Shown here one piece after another: positions 13,001-18,551 of a DNA stretch of 64,000 nt. The notes beneath the pieces were generated by a model that saw nothing but the letters and a program-made list of their open reading frames with translations, ran no database searches and had not been told where the DNA came from. The stretch comes from a virus (lineage: Duplodnaviria > Caudoviricetes). A program made the position numbers and the translations under genes. The stretch covers positions 892 to 64,891 of IMG/VR virus record IMGVR_UViG_2823715266_000003. One strand, 5' to 3'. Position 1 is the stretch's first letter. Each line of letters begins with the position of its first letter.

Positions 13001-14194
13001 CTTCGCTTCATCAGCGAGCGCGAGGTTGCCCGTGCTGAACTCGCGCGCGCCTGGTGCCGGCGCCTCGAAGTCCACGCCATCGGTAGGAGCCGTGGGCATC
13101 ACATCGAGCGGAGGCCGGCTGGCCGGGTCGCGCGGATCGAACGTGCGCTGCACGCTGGCCAGGCCGCCCGCAACGGCGGGCAGTTCGCTCGCCACAGCAG
13201 TAGACGGGGCCTCGGTCGCCGGCAGCAGCGAGAGCTGTTCGCCTGGCACTCGCTCTGCGCCACCGGGCTCAGCCGGGTTCGGAGCATGCTGGCCGGTGGC
13301 ACCGTGCAGCAGCGCCGCGCCGCCGCCCATGGCGCCGCCCGCGAGCAAGCCCGCGGCGGCGGCCTTGCCGACACCCTCTCCGACGGGCTTGTCCAGCGCG
13401 AGGTTCTGCAGCGCCTGCTCGGACATCGACTGCGGCAGCTCTTCAAGCACGCCCTCGGAGAGCATGCCGGCGCCGACCTGGCGTGCGAGTGAGCGCTGCG
13501 AGGCGGGCCCGGCGCCATGGATTGCGCCCTGCGCCAGCATCGTGTCGGCATCGCCGATGCCGAGGCGCTGCGCGAGGCGGCCGCCGAGCGCTCCGAAGCC
13601 GGCAGTAGCGGCGCCGGTGGCAGCGGACAGGGCCGCCTGCTTCGGGGTGAGCAACCCGTCTTGCGTCTCTTGGCGGATCTGCTCGGCCTGCGAGCCGGCA
13701 CCCAGCACGCCTTCGCCGATGGCACCAGCTATGGCGGGTGCCACCTTGGGCGCCAGCTTCAGCAACCCGCGCGCGACGCCTGCGCCACCGAGCATTTGCG
13801 GAATCGACTCGCCCACGCTGGTCGCGATGGTGCTGGGGTTCTCCAGCATGGTCTTGGCCGTGTCGACGAAGCCGTCGGCCGCCTGCACCTTGCGGTTGGC
13901 GGCCTTCTGGGCATCGGAGTACTGGTCGTCGAGGAACTTCTGCGTCTCCTCGAAGCCAACACCGGCTTGCTCCAGGGCTTTGCCGGCCCGACCGCCGGTC
14001 ACAATGCCGGCCAAGCCGACGACGCTCTGCGGCAAGCCGACCGCGCCCTTAAGCGCCGTGACCCCGACATCCTTTGCGGTGCCGAGCACGGTGCGCTTCG
14101 CATCGGGCGCATCGAGCTCACCCGAAAACGGGGTCAGGTTGTGGGGTGGGGTATCGAGTTGCCCGTCGAAGGGCTTAAGGGTTTCGCCAGCCAT
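1091..14194 (-). CDS. Giant DarB-like polyvalent virion/ejected protein: inorganic-pyrophosphatase-like domain, N6-adenine methyltransferase, SNF2-like helicase, zincin metallopeptidase, ADP-ribosyltransferase-like domain, PLxRFG domain
   Basis: 4367 aa. Motifs HYGYVKG..DGDHVDVFVG; VLEPAVGTG and NPPF; VGAGKT, DELH, TGTP, QREGRIIRRGN; LFHEVLGH; PLVFFHGT..GRGVY; PLSRFG. Confidence 0.92.
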   Translation of the reverse strand: MAGETLKPFDGQLDTPPHNLTPFSGELDAPDAKRTVLGTAKDVGVTALKGAVGLPQSVVGLAGIVTGGRAGKALEQAGVGFEETQKFLDDQYSDAQKAANRKVQAADGFVDTAKTMLENPSTIATSVGESIPQMLGGAGVARGLLKLAPKVAPAIAGAIGEGVLGAGSQAEQIRQETQDGLLTPKQAALSAATGAATAGFGALGGRLAQRLGIGDADTMLAQGAIHGAGPASQRSLARQVGAGMLSEGVLEELPQSMSEQALQNLALDKPVGEGVGKAAAAGLLAGGAMGGGAALLHGATGQHAPNPAEPGGAERVPGEQLSLLPATEAPSTAVASELPAVAGGLASVQRTFDPRDPASRPPLDVMPTAPTDGVDFEAPAPGAREFSTGNLALADEAKSVRPSEAMGLDPAAGPLSTAAALAVDGGAHDVMNAAAQLAAQAEAADGKGTKQAAASPAPAAAPVAKVNAETGEISEQPQDREAELRARLEFVRQQAASNGWDQRLIAERDSARAELAAFAPAAPTAPNSVQEGIAQARDRRAPPESAPQPKGETLGTQADQAQQAVAQQASAGAEATAAAPVATAAALTPTPAAPAVPNAKREKAIRRVEEGRAWFLSRDKAQSFVDTSGIADTHEVVADNRRFIVQAKDAQPAQAAQPQAAAPADQLADLRRRRAEAVPGTPLRRDIDNDIAQIEREQGSAARRPEAAAPVDAAANEAATSPQNDLPEPSQAQKEAGNYKMGHLSGDEVQGLRISVENPQGSTRRGTSPNGTEWSNTMAAHYGYVKGSEAADGDHVDVFVGPDAASAPTVYVVDQINADGTYDEAKALFGFNSEAEAVAAYKGSYDADWKVGPVTAMSVDDFKAGLASGRFKKPLSPTLTRGAAAAPRATTMETARTAVASYFDWYLGRNPRASRPMGGIYQGNTFTLDAGGAPFTKDGQVQVNGFKHLTFNYTAAWKEAQSRARASAAGPIAASTPGDENGRNAGAVQTERLPAADQGGDARDAGAGDRDRQPVDARVAEAGESADRGERVSAGAEGAGGGRAQGVQRSGEPAPSAPRDSGDVRSERQPADAVADPATAQASPKPELDQPSDHTLDAEDIGKGGLTKKYRDNIAAIRILKALAGESRKATPEERKQIARYVGWGALKGVFDPQNKQWAKEFAELRELLTDAEYKAARASMLNAHYTSPVVVDGIYQALERMGFSAGRVLEPAVGTGNFFGLMPASMRKRSQLHGVELDPITSQIAAALYPSAKVAQATGFQDFQAPAEYFDLAVGNPPFGSEPIVDDDRSPYSGFSIHNYFFAKSIDKLRPGGLLAMVVSHNFLDAKNEATRQWIADRANLVAAVRLPNTAFKANAGTDVVTDIVVFQKKTESERANGLGDAAWVKVGQQTLANPKTGEATQHNVSSYFLSNPDAVLGRPTAAGSMYRVGEYTVEPSGDLAQQLKTWADALPEDLYQPVERTHEQEAADVVVPDGVKVGSFYVDDSGRVLMRGPDSLGNRTAEPWTPPNVKAAERMKGMVGLRDALRAQMRLERSPDSTDGQIEQHRRELNRLYDGFQSKYGYLNDPTNRRIFLDDTESALVLALEFDYDRGVSKAVAEREDIEPRAPKAVKADIFARRVMFPPADNIKVSNAKDALLASLNYKGRLDADYMATLYDKPPAQIVSELGDVVYADPVNGLVMAHEYLSGDVKTKLAEAEAAARDDPALRRNVEALRKVIPADKRPSEIHAAMGAAFIPQELFQQFAKEVTGADARVTYLRATGQWLVDYTSQPNPALNTAKWGISRMTAQNIFMRTMAGQGVVVTDTIRDPNGGTRTVVLEKETEAAREKQTAMKAEWQRWLWSDPERADRVAGIYNDKMNRIVVRRFDGSHMTFPGMSPAMELLPHQKDAVWRALQQRQILLDHVVGAGKTFEVVAAIMEMRRLGIARKPIVTVPNHLTLQWRSEFSRLYPAANVLAATPDDFTKGNREKFFSKIVTGDWDAVIIGHSSLKRIALPAETEKAVLEEQITELADSIGEMKRARGDRNIVRDMESIKARLEARMKQRVQALGERDKVVTFDELGVDAFAIDELHEFKNLFYNSTMERVPGMGNPGGSDKAFDLFVKAQYLFDALGDKAPLMGATGTPVSNSLVEMFNMQRFLQYPTLKAQGLHVFDAWAKQFGSVESLYEVSPSGTGYRQASRFAKFKNLPALMGMYQTFADTVTLDDLKAQEEARGRTFPVPQVAGGRPVNVVAKRSPEVANFMGVPQLDIQGGRVQFGFNPAAGERAVVEKAEDGNSWRAETRVPQPDEKEIRQLIGSAKTEEDARLLVVEAALSPKIKVDPKSILGQFADLKRLTKETKGKVNALSLTGQANKAGLDFRLIDPTASDFAGSKINLAVDRMLGTYQKWAADRGTQLVFCDLSVPLSARSGFGSKERRVYVREDGALAHKKGTMHTVRGHEDLPFFVVKEGGKDAKAFTIYDAATGLRVHAGLPAKGIATDWAAQALNDDSRRQRWIDARDRIGDLQQDEIDDYNNANEIDTEETESISLSDIAGMSGATAFSVYDDIKGKLVARGVPEREIAFIHDYNTPAAKDKLFKAVNRGDIRFLLGSTPKMGAGTNVQERLVGLHHIDAPWRPSDLEQREGRIIRRGNALYARDPDGFEVEIYRYATEQTYDTRRWQILEHKARGIEQLRKYDGTLNEIDDIEGEAANAADMKAAASGDPLILEETRLRNDVRRLESLQASHADETAAMVRQARDQQRFAEDWGPKELDTFRALQTAAEANPVPKDGFAGLTVAGKTITDREAAIKAVKRGIDRVFVSGGQEEFQYRGVTFMLEGTPDHVELNSPTGGLDSYRPARDVLPSAAGILTRFGNYVNRLPAHIADLEAKIAGAKQSAVQLREQAGKPFAQATELEAAREAHRRVQRRLVAKGPDIPLNQRPALQKAMAEQRQQLTEQGFGDALEEFGGPTDDAQFRRDGTEMLSPEAARAMRALLPNYSPEARAQAVASVSKTVEAIRAGWGNGPEVIVAFDMGDPVVPEAARRADLKQRSGGARGAPEGFYYRGKAYLMASRLPTANDAARVLFHEVLGHHGLRGQFGKGLDDVLNQIGTMRRADVDAKIEEYGLRGVNKLDRRAAAEEVLAEMAQTHPELHFVRRAIAAIRTWLRQHVPGFSNLRMTDDEIVRNFILPARRFVEQGGPDGGPGDGLRFSRGDAGPASTNSLDAPIATNDEGVANFWHWYSGQDGSLKDTRSGTQGSGGTAGGAAAGGPGRDGGAPGRLGPVDAQGRPLVFFHGTRDDFAAFDTEHPNRKDVGWLGRGVYGASDAADANYYAGAKRGQGGQRVMPLYFAVTNPYVATPEIKARLKRATQAQVDRFTSNLRAMGHDGVTLTAEDGSVEIVAFEPTQVKSAIGNSGAFDGGNPDIRFSRSTVQDFAKKATAELNKTFNAPGKLSWWHKTVGTMYNLAERSPAFKAVFDSAQGFVDDVSFYANDAAELAPKLLPKLETWRDIKKAPVAAADNAAVAKPVFEGTLTWARDEQGKPVPVQSLIDAAAELTADQKAQRLLRNGQIDERMLKAWQGMPLESYEKAINTRFESRMLQPGVVWTDAELRSMFKLSDDQIALYHEFRETTDRSLDTMARADMLRFVGDDAKVMRGMVMDAPDAQAAAVLLRDHLVQLANEQPDRATQILNTANGIIDRADKVRDLQARGYAPLSRFGRYSVDVVDAAGERQYFGLFETAREANNMATKMREEFGDATVTQGTLSEEAFKLFAGVTPETLELFGNALGLDSTGDSAQDQAFQEYLRLTKTNRSAMRRLIHRKGIAGFSEDVGRVLASFIYSNARQTAAGLHMGDLGEAVQAIPKEQGELKDAAVRLADYVKNPQEEAQAVRGLLFAQYLGGSVASAFVNMTQPIAVTMPWLSQYGGARAAAAQIGRAAKNIATRGFEYEPDLAAALKRAEDEGTVSPQEVHQLMAQARGASSLRSGDGTRGGELRAMGQNALSRLSLAWGKLFGAAEQVNRRITFVAAYRTAKAQGIEDPAGFARKAITETQFLYSKANKMEWGRGAMGGTLMTFKTYSVAYLELLHRMYTQGGPEGKRAALLALGMLMLMGGAGGLPFEEDLEDAVDALAQMLGYNFSTKKARQEFLESLLPKPIAQFVDKGVSGLPGAPLDVSGRLGMGNLIPGTGLLLEKTSHARDLLEIAGPAGDFVSRILSGGRSVLTGDVGAGLLEMSPAAVRNAAKGADMAATGMYRDAKGYKVLDTNTLEAALKTIGFQPNSVATIQEANGINQGAKAFYNLRAQEIRATWAQGIFEGDQQKVQDARDQVAAWNRKNLEQPMLVRIPDVMRRVREMRKSKDERIADTAPRAMRAQMREDLARTRADL
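4309..4515 (-). CDS. Candidate nested ORF (68 aa) overprinted in the giant gene at the start of its ART-like domain
   Basis: MEASKTPEAARKDLEELLAELPPVGPAEMAAHLGDSDPLMRKAARSYF is helical and protein-like; the main frame here is a Gly-rich linker; no clear SD, TACAGT about 7 nt upstream. Confidence 0.45.
   Translation of the reverse strand: MEASKTPEAARKDLEELLAELPPVGPAEMAAHLGDSDPLMRKAARSYFSTARATTSPPSIPSIQTEKT
10972..11253 (-). CDS. Nested gene (93 aa) overprinted in the giant gene
   Basis: SD AGGAG-ACGAAA-ATG; globular-looking product MDEMQELYRPNDYPPPIKEAMRAMPALATEIANRWMLGWPKRVKALIEANEFLPALKEQ...; main frame is a low-complexity linker here. Confidence 0.7.
   Translation of the reverse strand: MDEMQELYRPNDYPPPIKEAMRAMPALATEIANRWMLGWPKRVKALIEANEFLPALKEQEEAERRAYSDPGNRHLARHEIAEMYGLSDSPPTL
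12433..12534 (-). CDS. Candidate nested basic peptide (33 aa)
   Basis: SD AAGGAG-AAACCC-TTG; product MALKPIKPSKQSRNKRRQEQKRLQQRQSQPQQR. Confidence 0.4.
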   Translation of the reverse strand: MALKPIKPSKQSRNKRRQEQKRLQQRQSQPQQR

Positions 14195-14230
14195 TGCGCC
14201 AGTCTTCCGACCAGCCTGTGCGGCGTCGAA

Positions 14231-14241
14231 CCCTACGGGGG
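14231..14241 (-). promoter_or_regulatory. Late-promoter upstream element (giant gene)
   Basis: CCCCCGTAGGG-N24-AAGACT-N6-ATG(14194). Confidence 0.8.
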
Positions 14242-14261
14242 GCTACCTACTGCACCAATGA

Positions 14262-14284
14262 AAACGGCCCCAGAGGGGCCGTTT
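14262..14284 (-). terminator. Intrinsic terminator after higA
   Basis: Inverted repeat AAACGGCCC-N5-GGGCCGTTT, ending in a short T-run on the minus strand. Confidence 0.75.
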
Positions 14285-14305
14285 ATCAGTCACAGAGAAG
14301 TGGGC

Positions 14306-14626
14306 TCAAGCAGCAAGTGCAAAGTGCTCGTCTTCCGCAGCCGCTACTTCGACCTTCTTGATCTTGACCTTGTGTGCCTTCTTGGCTTCCCACAAATCGT
14401 AGTCCGCCTGCATACGCACCCAAGTCCCAGCGTCACCGCCAAGCCACGCGGCCAGACGGAGTGCCATCTCAGCACTGATCGCCGCGTGCTCATTCAGCAC
14501 ACGCGACAGAGCCGGACGCGAAATCTTCAGCTGGAGCGCCGCATCGGTCACGCTCAGCCCAAGCGCCGGTAGAACATCCTCTCGAAGAATCGAACCAGGA
14601 TGCGGGGGGTTAAACATGAGAGCCAT
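14306..14626 (-). CDS. higA: HigA family antitoxin
   Basis: PPHPGSILRE...ISAEMALRLA...WVRMQADYDLW signature. Confidence 0.95.
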   Translation of the reverse strand: MALMFNPPHPGSILREDVLPALGLSVTDAALQLKISRPALSRVLNEHAAISAEMALRLAAWLGGDAGTWVRMQADYDLWEAKKAHKVKIKKVEVAAAEDEHFALAA

Positions 14627-14637
14627 CTCAATTCCTT

Positions 14638-14916
14638 TCAGTGGTAGTCCTGGTAATCGACCAGGATTGCGTCTCCACCCTCAAAGCTGTAGGTCAAGCG
14701 CCAGTTTCCATTGACTGATACTGCCCAATGCCCCTCAAGGTCGTCGCTCAGTGGATGCCACCCAAACCCTGGTAGGTTCATGGCCTCTGGATTCGCTGCT
14801 GCATTCAACACAGCCAAAAGACGGCCGAGTTTTTTGGCATGGTGGGGCTGAATGCCCTTCTTGCTGCCCGTAAGGTAGAACTCTTCGAGCCCCTTGTGGC
14901 GCCACGTTCTTATCAT
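14638..14916 (-). CDS. higB: HigB (RelE-like) toxin
   Basis: HKGLEEFY...HPLSDDLEGHWAVSVNGNWRLTYSF...VDYQDYH; toxin-first gene order. Confidence 0.95.
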   Translation of the reverse strand: MIRTWRHKGLEEFYLTGSKKGIQPHHAKKLGRLLAVLNAAANPEAMNLPGFGWHPLSDDLEGHWAVSVNGNWRLTYSFEGGDAILVDYQDYH

Positions 14917-14922
14917 GCGTTA

Positions 14923-14951
14923 ATTGTAGCGTGTAACGCTACGCTTTTCAA
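14923..14951 (-). promoter_or_regulatory. higBA sigma70 promoter with overlapping palindromic operator; leaderless higB
   Basis: TTGAAA-N17-TACAAT-N6-ATG; palindrome GTAGCGT-N3-ACGCTAC at 14926-14942. Confidence 0.8.
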
Positions 14952-15070
14952 CCGATTCAACTTCGAGCGTTCGTCGTACGGATTCGGCGAGCTGAAAGTT
15001 GTAACTTCGATGCGTCTACGGAGACTATTTCGTTCTGCCGTTGCGAAATTCAAGCGGCAAAGCGCTCGTT

Positions 15071-17110
15071 TCAGCTACCGACGAATCTCTTCCCCTGGGC
15101 ATCCTCGTAGACAGGCTTGCCGCCCGACGTGCCAACTTGGCGCGTCATTCCAGGCGGCAGGCCGGGGCGCTGCGCCTGGCCCTGCTCTACGAACTGGCCG
15201 GTCTGGTTGTTGAAGACGCGCGCCGGCCTGGTAACGGACTGCTGGGTCGTCGGATCGATCTCCTGCCCGCCCGGCACCACGGTGAAGCGGCTCGGGTGCT
15301 CCTTGCCCGTCATCGTGCGGATCTGCTCTGCGATGGCCGCACGGTCTTCCGGCTTCGCCTTCTCGTACTGCTCGTACAGCTTCTCCACGCGCAGCGCGCC
15401 ACGGGTTTGGAACCCTTGCGCCTCCTGCCGCAGGGCAAGCTCGCCGCGCTGTACGTCGTTGGTCGCGCCCGCGCGAGCATTGGCGCCCGCCTCCTGCACC
15501 GCTGTCCGGCCGGATGCGCCAGCCTGCTGGATGGCTTCACGCTCCAGGGAAGCGGCGTTGTTTGCGGTGGTGGTTTCGCGGGCCAGTGCATTCCGCCCGT
15601 TGGCCTCGTCCATGCCGGCCAGCACGCGGACCTGGTTGGCGGTGAGCTGACCGTTCGGCGATCCCCTGTACGGAGTGCTCGCCGCGCCGAAGGCGCTTCG
15701 GCGCACGCGATCCGCGTGAGTCTCGTCTCCGATCACCGTCAAGCCATTCCCGGGCGCGAATCCGACGGCCGGCACTGCAGCGGCGACGGCTCTCTCGCCA
15801 GCGCGCTCGGCGATGCCGCGTGCCTCGAGCGCATCGGCTGCCGCCATGTTCTGTGCGCTTGGGGCGGAGCGCGGCGCAAATCCTGCCGCGGCGGCAGCCG
15901 GCGAGTCGCCGTAGCTGTTGCCCTGTCGGAACACGCCCGGCATGACCTGGCTCGCGGCCGGTGCCGCCGAGCTCACGGACGCTTCGTTCGAGACAGGAGC
16001 CACAGTCGGCGCGACGACCGGCGCAGCCGCTGGGCGAACAGCAGGCGTCGCCACAGGAGCGGCGGCCGTTGCCGCCGGCTTTGCGCCACTTCCCCACCCC
16101 TCGCCCACACCGGCGAATCCTCGGCTGGTCGGCGCCGGTGCAGCATTGGCATCGCCCTTGAACAGCATCGAGCGCGGGTCGCTGAACGCATCGAGCCGGC
16201 CTGTGCCCTCCTGCACCTTCGCCGGCTCGAACGATGCAGGTCCGGTCGCAACGTACGGCTGCATCATGCCGCCGCGCGTTCCCGCCGTCTGCTCGCGTCG
16301 GAATACGCCGAATGCAGCCCCTTGCGTCTGGGCCAGCGGGCTCGTCTGTGGTGCGGGCGCTGGCGCAGGCGTGGCAGCGGCCCTCTCGTTCGCAGCCATC
16401 TGCAGGGCCTGCGGGCTTGGCGGCAGCGAGGCCGAGAGCATTGGCAGGGGGGCCGGGATGCTGGGGCTAACGTCCAGCGCCGCCGCAGGCGTCGTCGGGC
16501 GCGGCTTGCGTGCCTCGTCGTCGACCAGCCCACCATCGGCGAAGAAGATCGGCGGCTCGACTGTTTCGGGCGCGAAGCCACGCGCCTCCACGGCCGGCGC
16601 ATGGGTTGCCCCCTTGATTGCGTCGAGCGCCTGTACGCCCACCGCATGCACCTGCTCGGGCGGCAACTGATATTCGCCGTTGCTCAGATTCACCGGCACC
16701 TTCTCCGGGCTGAAACCTAGCGCAGCCACGCCGTCTTCGCCGAGCTGCTCGGTAGAGTCCGCCGGCATGATGTAGCTGCCCGGCCGCACCTCAGTTTCGA
16801 TGCTGTCCGAGGTGCCAGTGCCAGGCCCACGCACCGGCCCGCCGTCTTTCAGGCCCATGGCCTTCATGCGGCGCTCGGTCGCCCCCATACCCGCGTACTG
16901 GGTGATTGCCTTTTCGGGTGCCGGTGCTGGAGCGGGAGGCGGCGCAGTGGGTGCGGCGTCCGGCGGAGCGGCGCCCGTGTCAGCGGGCTCGGGAATGCCC
17001 ATCACTTTGCGCACCAAGCCGCGCACGAGGCCTCCCTCGGCAAGGTGTTGCGCCGGGGCGCGCTTCGTTTGGGGTTGAAAGCCAAGCATGGGCTGCGTCT
17101 GGGAAGTCAT
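15071..17110 (-). CDS. Putative internal virion/ejection protein
   Basis: Start MTSQTQPM; Ala/Pro-rich; repeated (F/L)ADGGLV and GGPVRGPGTGTSDSI/LSNGEY motifs typical of phage ejection/tape proteins. Confidence 0.7.
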   Translation of the reverse strand: MTSQTQPMLGFQPQTKRAPAQHLAEGGLVRGLVRKVMGIPEPADTGAAPPDAAPTAPPPAPAPAPEKAITQYAGMGATERRMKAMGLKDGGPVRGPGTGTSDSIETEVRPGSYIMPADSTEQLGEDGVAALGFSPEKVPVNLSNGEYQLPPEQVHAVGVQALDAIKGATHAPAVEARGFAPETVEPPIFFADGGLVDDEARKPRPTTPAAALDVSPSIPAPLPMLSASLPPSPQALQMAANERAAATPAPAPAPQTSPLAQTQGAAFGVFRREQTAGTRGGMMQPYVATGPASFEPAKVQEGTGRLDAFSDPRSMLFKGDANAAPAPTSRGFAGVGEGWGSGAKPAATAAAPVATPAVRPAAAPVVAPTVAPVSNEASVSSAAPAASQVMPGVFRQGNSYGDSPAAAAAGFAPRSAPSAQNMAAADALEARGIAERAGERAVAAAVPAVGFAPGNGLTVIGDETHADRVRRSAFGAASTPYRGSPNGQLTANQVRVLAGMDEANGRNALARETTTANNAASLEREAIQQAGASGRTAVQEAGANARAGATNDVQRGELALRQEAQGFQTRGALRVEKLYEQYEKAKPEDRAAIAEQIRTMTGKEHPSRFTVVPGGQEIDPTTQQSVTRPARVFNNQTGQFVEQGQAQRPGLPPGMTRQVGTSGGKPVYEDAQGKRFVGS

Positions 17111-17147
17111 GGGTTCGATTCTTCGAAGCGAGCCGCTCGGCGTCCAA

Positions 17148-17158
17148 CCCCACAGAGG
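17148..17158 (-). promoter_or_regulatory. Late-promoter upstream element (variant)
   Basis: CCTCTGTGGGG-N24-AAGAAT-N7-ATG(17110). Confidence 0.7.
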
Positions 17159-17170
17159 TATCCTCGCCAA

Positions 17171-17752
17171 ATGCCTGTGACGCGCGTCCCCAACATCAAA
17201 AAACTGAGAAACGATCGCGAACTGACCCAGAAGCGGTTGGCAGAGGCGATAGGAGTTACTCACCGAACCATCATCCGTTGGGAGCAAGGCGAGGGGGAGC
17301 CTGGCATCGATGATCTGCTGACCTTGGCGCGCTATTTCGGCGTAAGCATCGATCAGCTCGTGGGCGAACTGCTCCCCGACCGGGACCTTGGCGCGTTGCC
17401 CAAGATGTCCGATCTGTCAGGCCGGGAGCTGGACTTCTGGGTCGCCACAGCCCAAGGCGACTCTCCAGAAATGCTGGATGGTGAGCCGGTGATCGTGGTT
17501 CCCGGGCAGAACCCTCGCCCAGTTCTGGCCTACTGCAGCAACTGGAGCCACGCTGGGCCGATCCTGAGCGAGTACGACATGCATTTCACCCCGACGCCAT
17601 CAGGCATCCCCTTTGACGGGGTTCTCCGCATGGAGAAGGGTGTCATCGCGCGTCCGGCGGCTCATCCAACCGCCGCTTGGGGGCGGAATCATCTTGAGGC
17701 GGCTATGCGCGCCTATCTGATCGCTACCCTGGGCGAACGGATCATGACCTAA
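17171..17752 (+). CDS. XRE-family HTH fused to a NinX/DUF2591-like domain
   Basis: IKKLRNDRELTQKRLAEAIGVTHRTIIRWEQG HTH; LSGRELDFWVA...YCSNWSHAGPIL. Confidence 0.75.
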   Translation: MPVTRVPNIKKLRNDRELTQKRLAEAIGVTHRTIIRWEQGEGEPGIDDLLTLARYFGVSIDQLVGELLPDRDLGALPKMSDLSGRELDFWVATAQGDSPEMLDGEPVIVVPGQNPRPVLAYCSNWSHAGPILSEYDMHFTPTPSGIPFDGVLRMEKGVIARPAAHPTAAWGRNHLEAAMRAYLIATLGERIMT

Positions 17753-17766
17753 GTGGCCAGACGTCT

Positions 17767-17911
17767 GACATTTTTGTTACCCAGAAACACAATTTGTCGC
17801 ACAAACGCGGTTCAAACGCCGAAAAGCGCGCGTCCGGGTGGCCAAAAACGCGAACTTTTTCACTCTTTTTCGCCATCCGCGGCTGCACAGGCGGATGGCA
17901 CACCTCCTGCA
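17767..17911 (+). promoter_or_regulatory. Sigma54 promoter with upstream activator-like sites (pilA-type promoter)
   Basis: TGGCAC-ACCTC-CTGCA at 17896-17911 (-24/-12); TGACATTTTTGTTAC and ACAATTTGTCGCA about 100-130 bp upstream. Confidence 0.7.
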
Positions 17912-17970
17912 GTTAGACATGCGCTCCGGGGGAAAGGCCCTCGGTGACTCAACTAACCCCGAGGATTCAA

Positions 17971-18501
17971 ATGAACCGTCGCACCATCGCTCGCCGCGCA
18001 CAAGCTGGCTTCACCCTTATCGAACTGATGATCGTTGTGGCGATCATCGGTATCTTGGCTGCAATCGCAATCCCCCAATACCAAACCTATATCGCCAAGT
18101 CGCAAGTCACGCGCGTTATGGGCGAAGCTGGCAACCTCAAGACGGCTGTCGAAACCTGCATGCTGGAAGGCCGCACGGGTTCGGTTTCCTCCAATATCCC
18201 GACGGGCACCGCGCAAGCTGCTGACGAATGCAATCTGCAAGCCACGGCGTCGTCGATTCAAGATGGCCCGAAGCAAGGTAGCGGTGTAGCTGCGGCGACC
18301 GGTACGGGCTATCCGCAAGTTACGCTTTCGACCACCGCACCCGTGACGATCGTTGCAACGTTCGGCAATGGTGCTGCCGCTGCGCTTAAGACTGCCGGCA
18401 CGAACACGTTGACTTGGACGAGGAGCCTCGAAGGCACTTGGAAGTGCACCGCCACTGTTGATGCGAAGTATCGCGCGGCTGCTTGCGCCGACGCTTCCTA
18501 A
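17971..18501 (+). CDS. pilA: Type IVa major pilin
   Basis: Class III signal [13 protein letters not shown]|[27 protein letters not shown]; C-terminal Cys pair (WKC...AAC); SD GAGGA. Confidence 0.95.
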   Translation: MNRRTIARRAQAGFTLIELMIVVAIIGILAAIAIPQYQTYIAKSQVTRVMGEAGNLKTAVETCMLEGRTGSVSSNIPTGTAQAADECNLQATASSIQDGPKQGSGVAAATGTGYPQVTLSTTAPVTIVATFGNGAAAALKTAGTNTLTWTRSLEGTWKCTATVDAKYRAAACADAS

Positions 18502-18516
18502 GCGTTCCACCCCCCG

Positions 18517-18551
18517 AAAAAGCTCCGCTGCGGCGGGGCTTTTTTTATTTT
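18517..18551. terminator. Bidirectional intrinsic terminator between pilin and tail gene
   Basis: AAAAAGCTCCGC-TGCG-GCGGGGCTTTTTTT. Confidence 0.85.

Noticed and set aside
17045-17287. N-terminal extensions of ORFs 15071-17287(-) and 17045-17752(+)
   Set aside because: They would overlap each other; better starts are 17110 (fits the late-promoter spacing) and 17171
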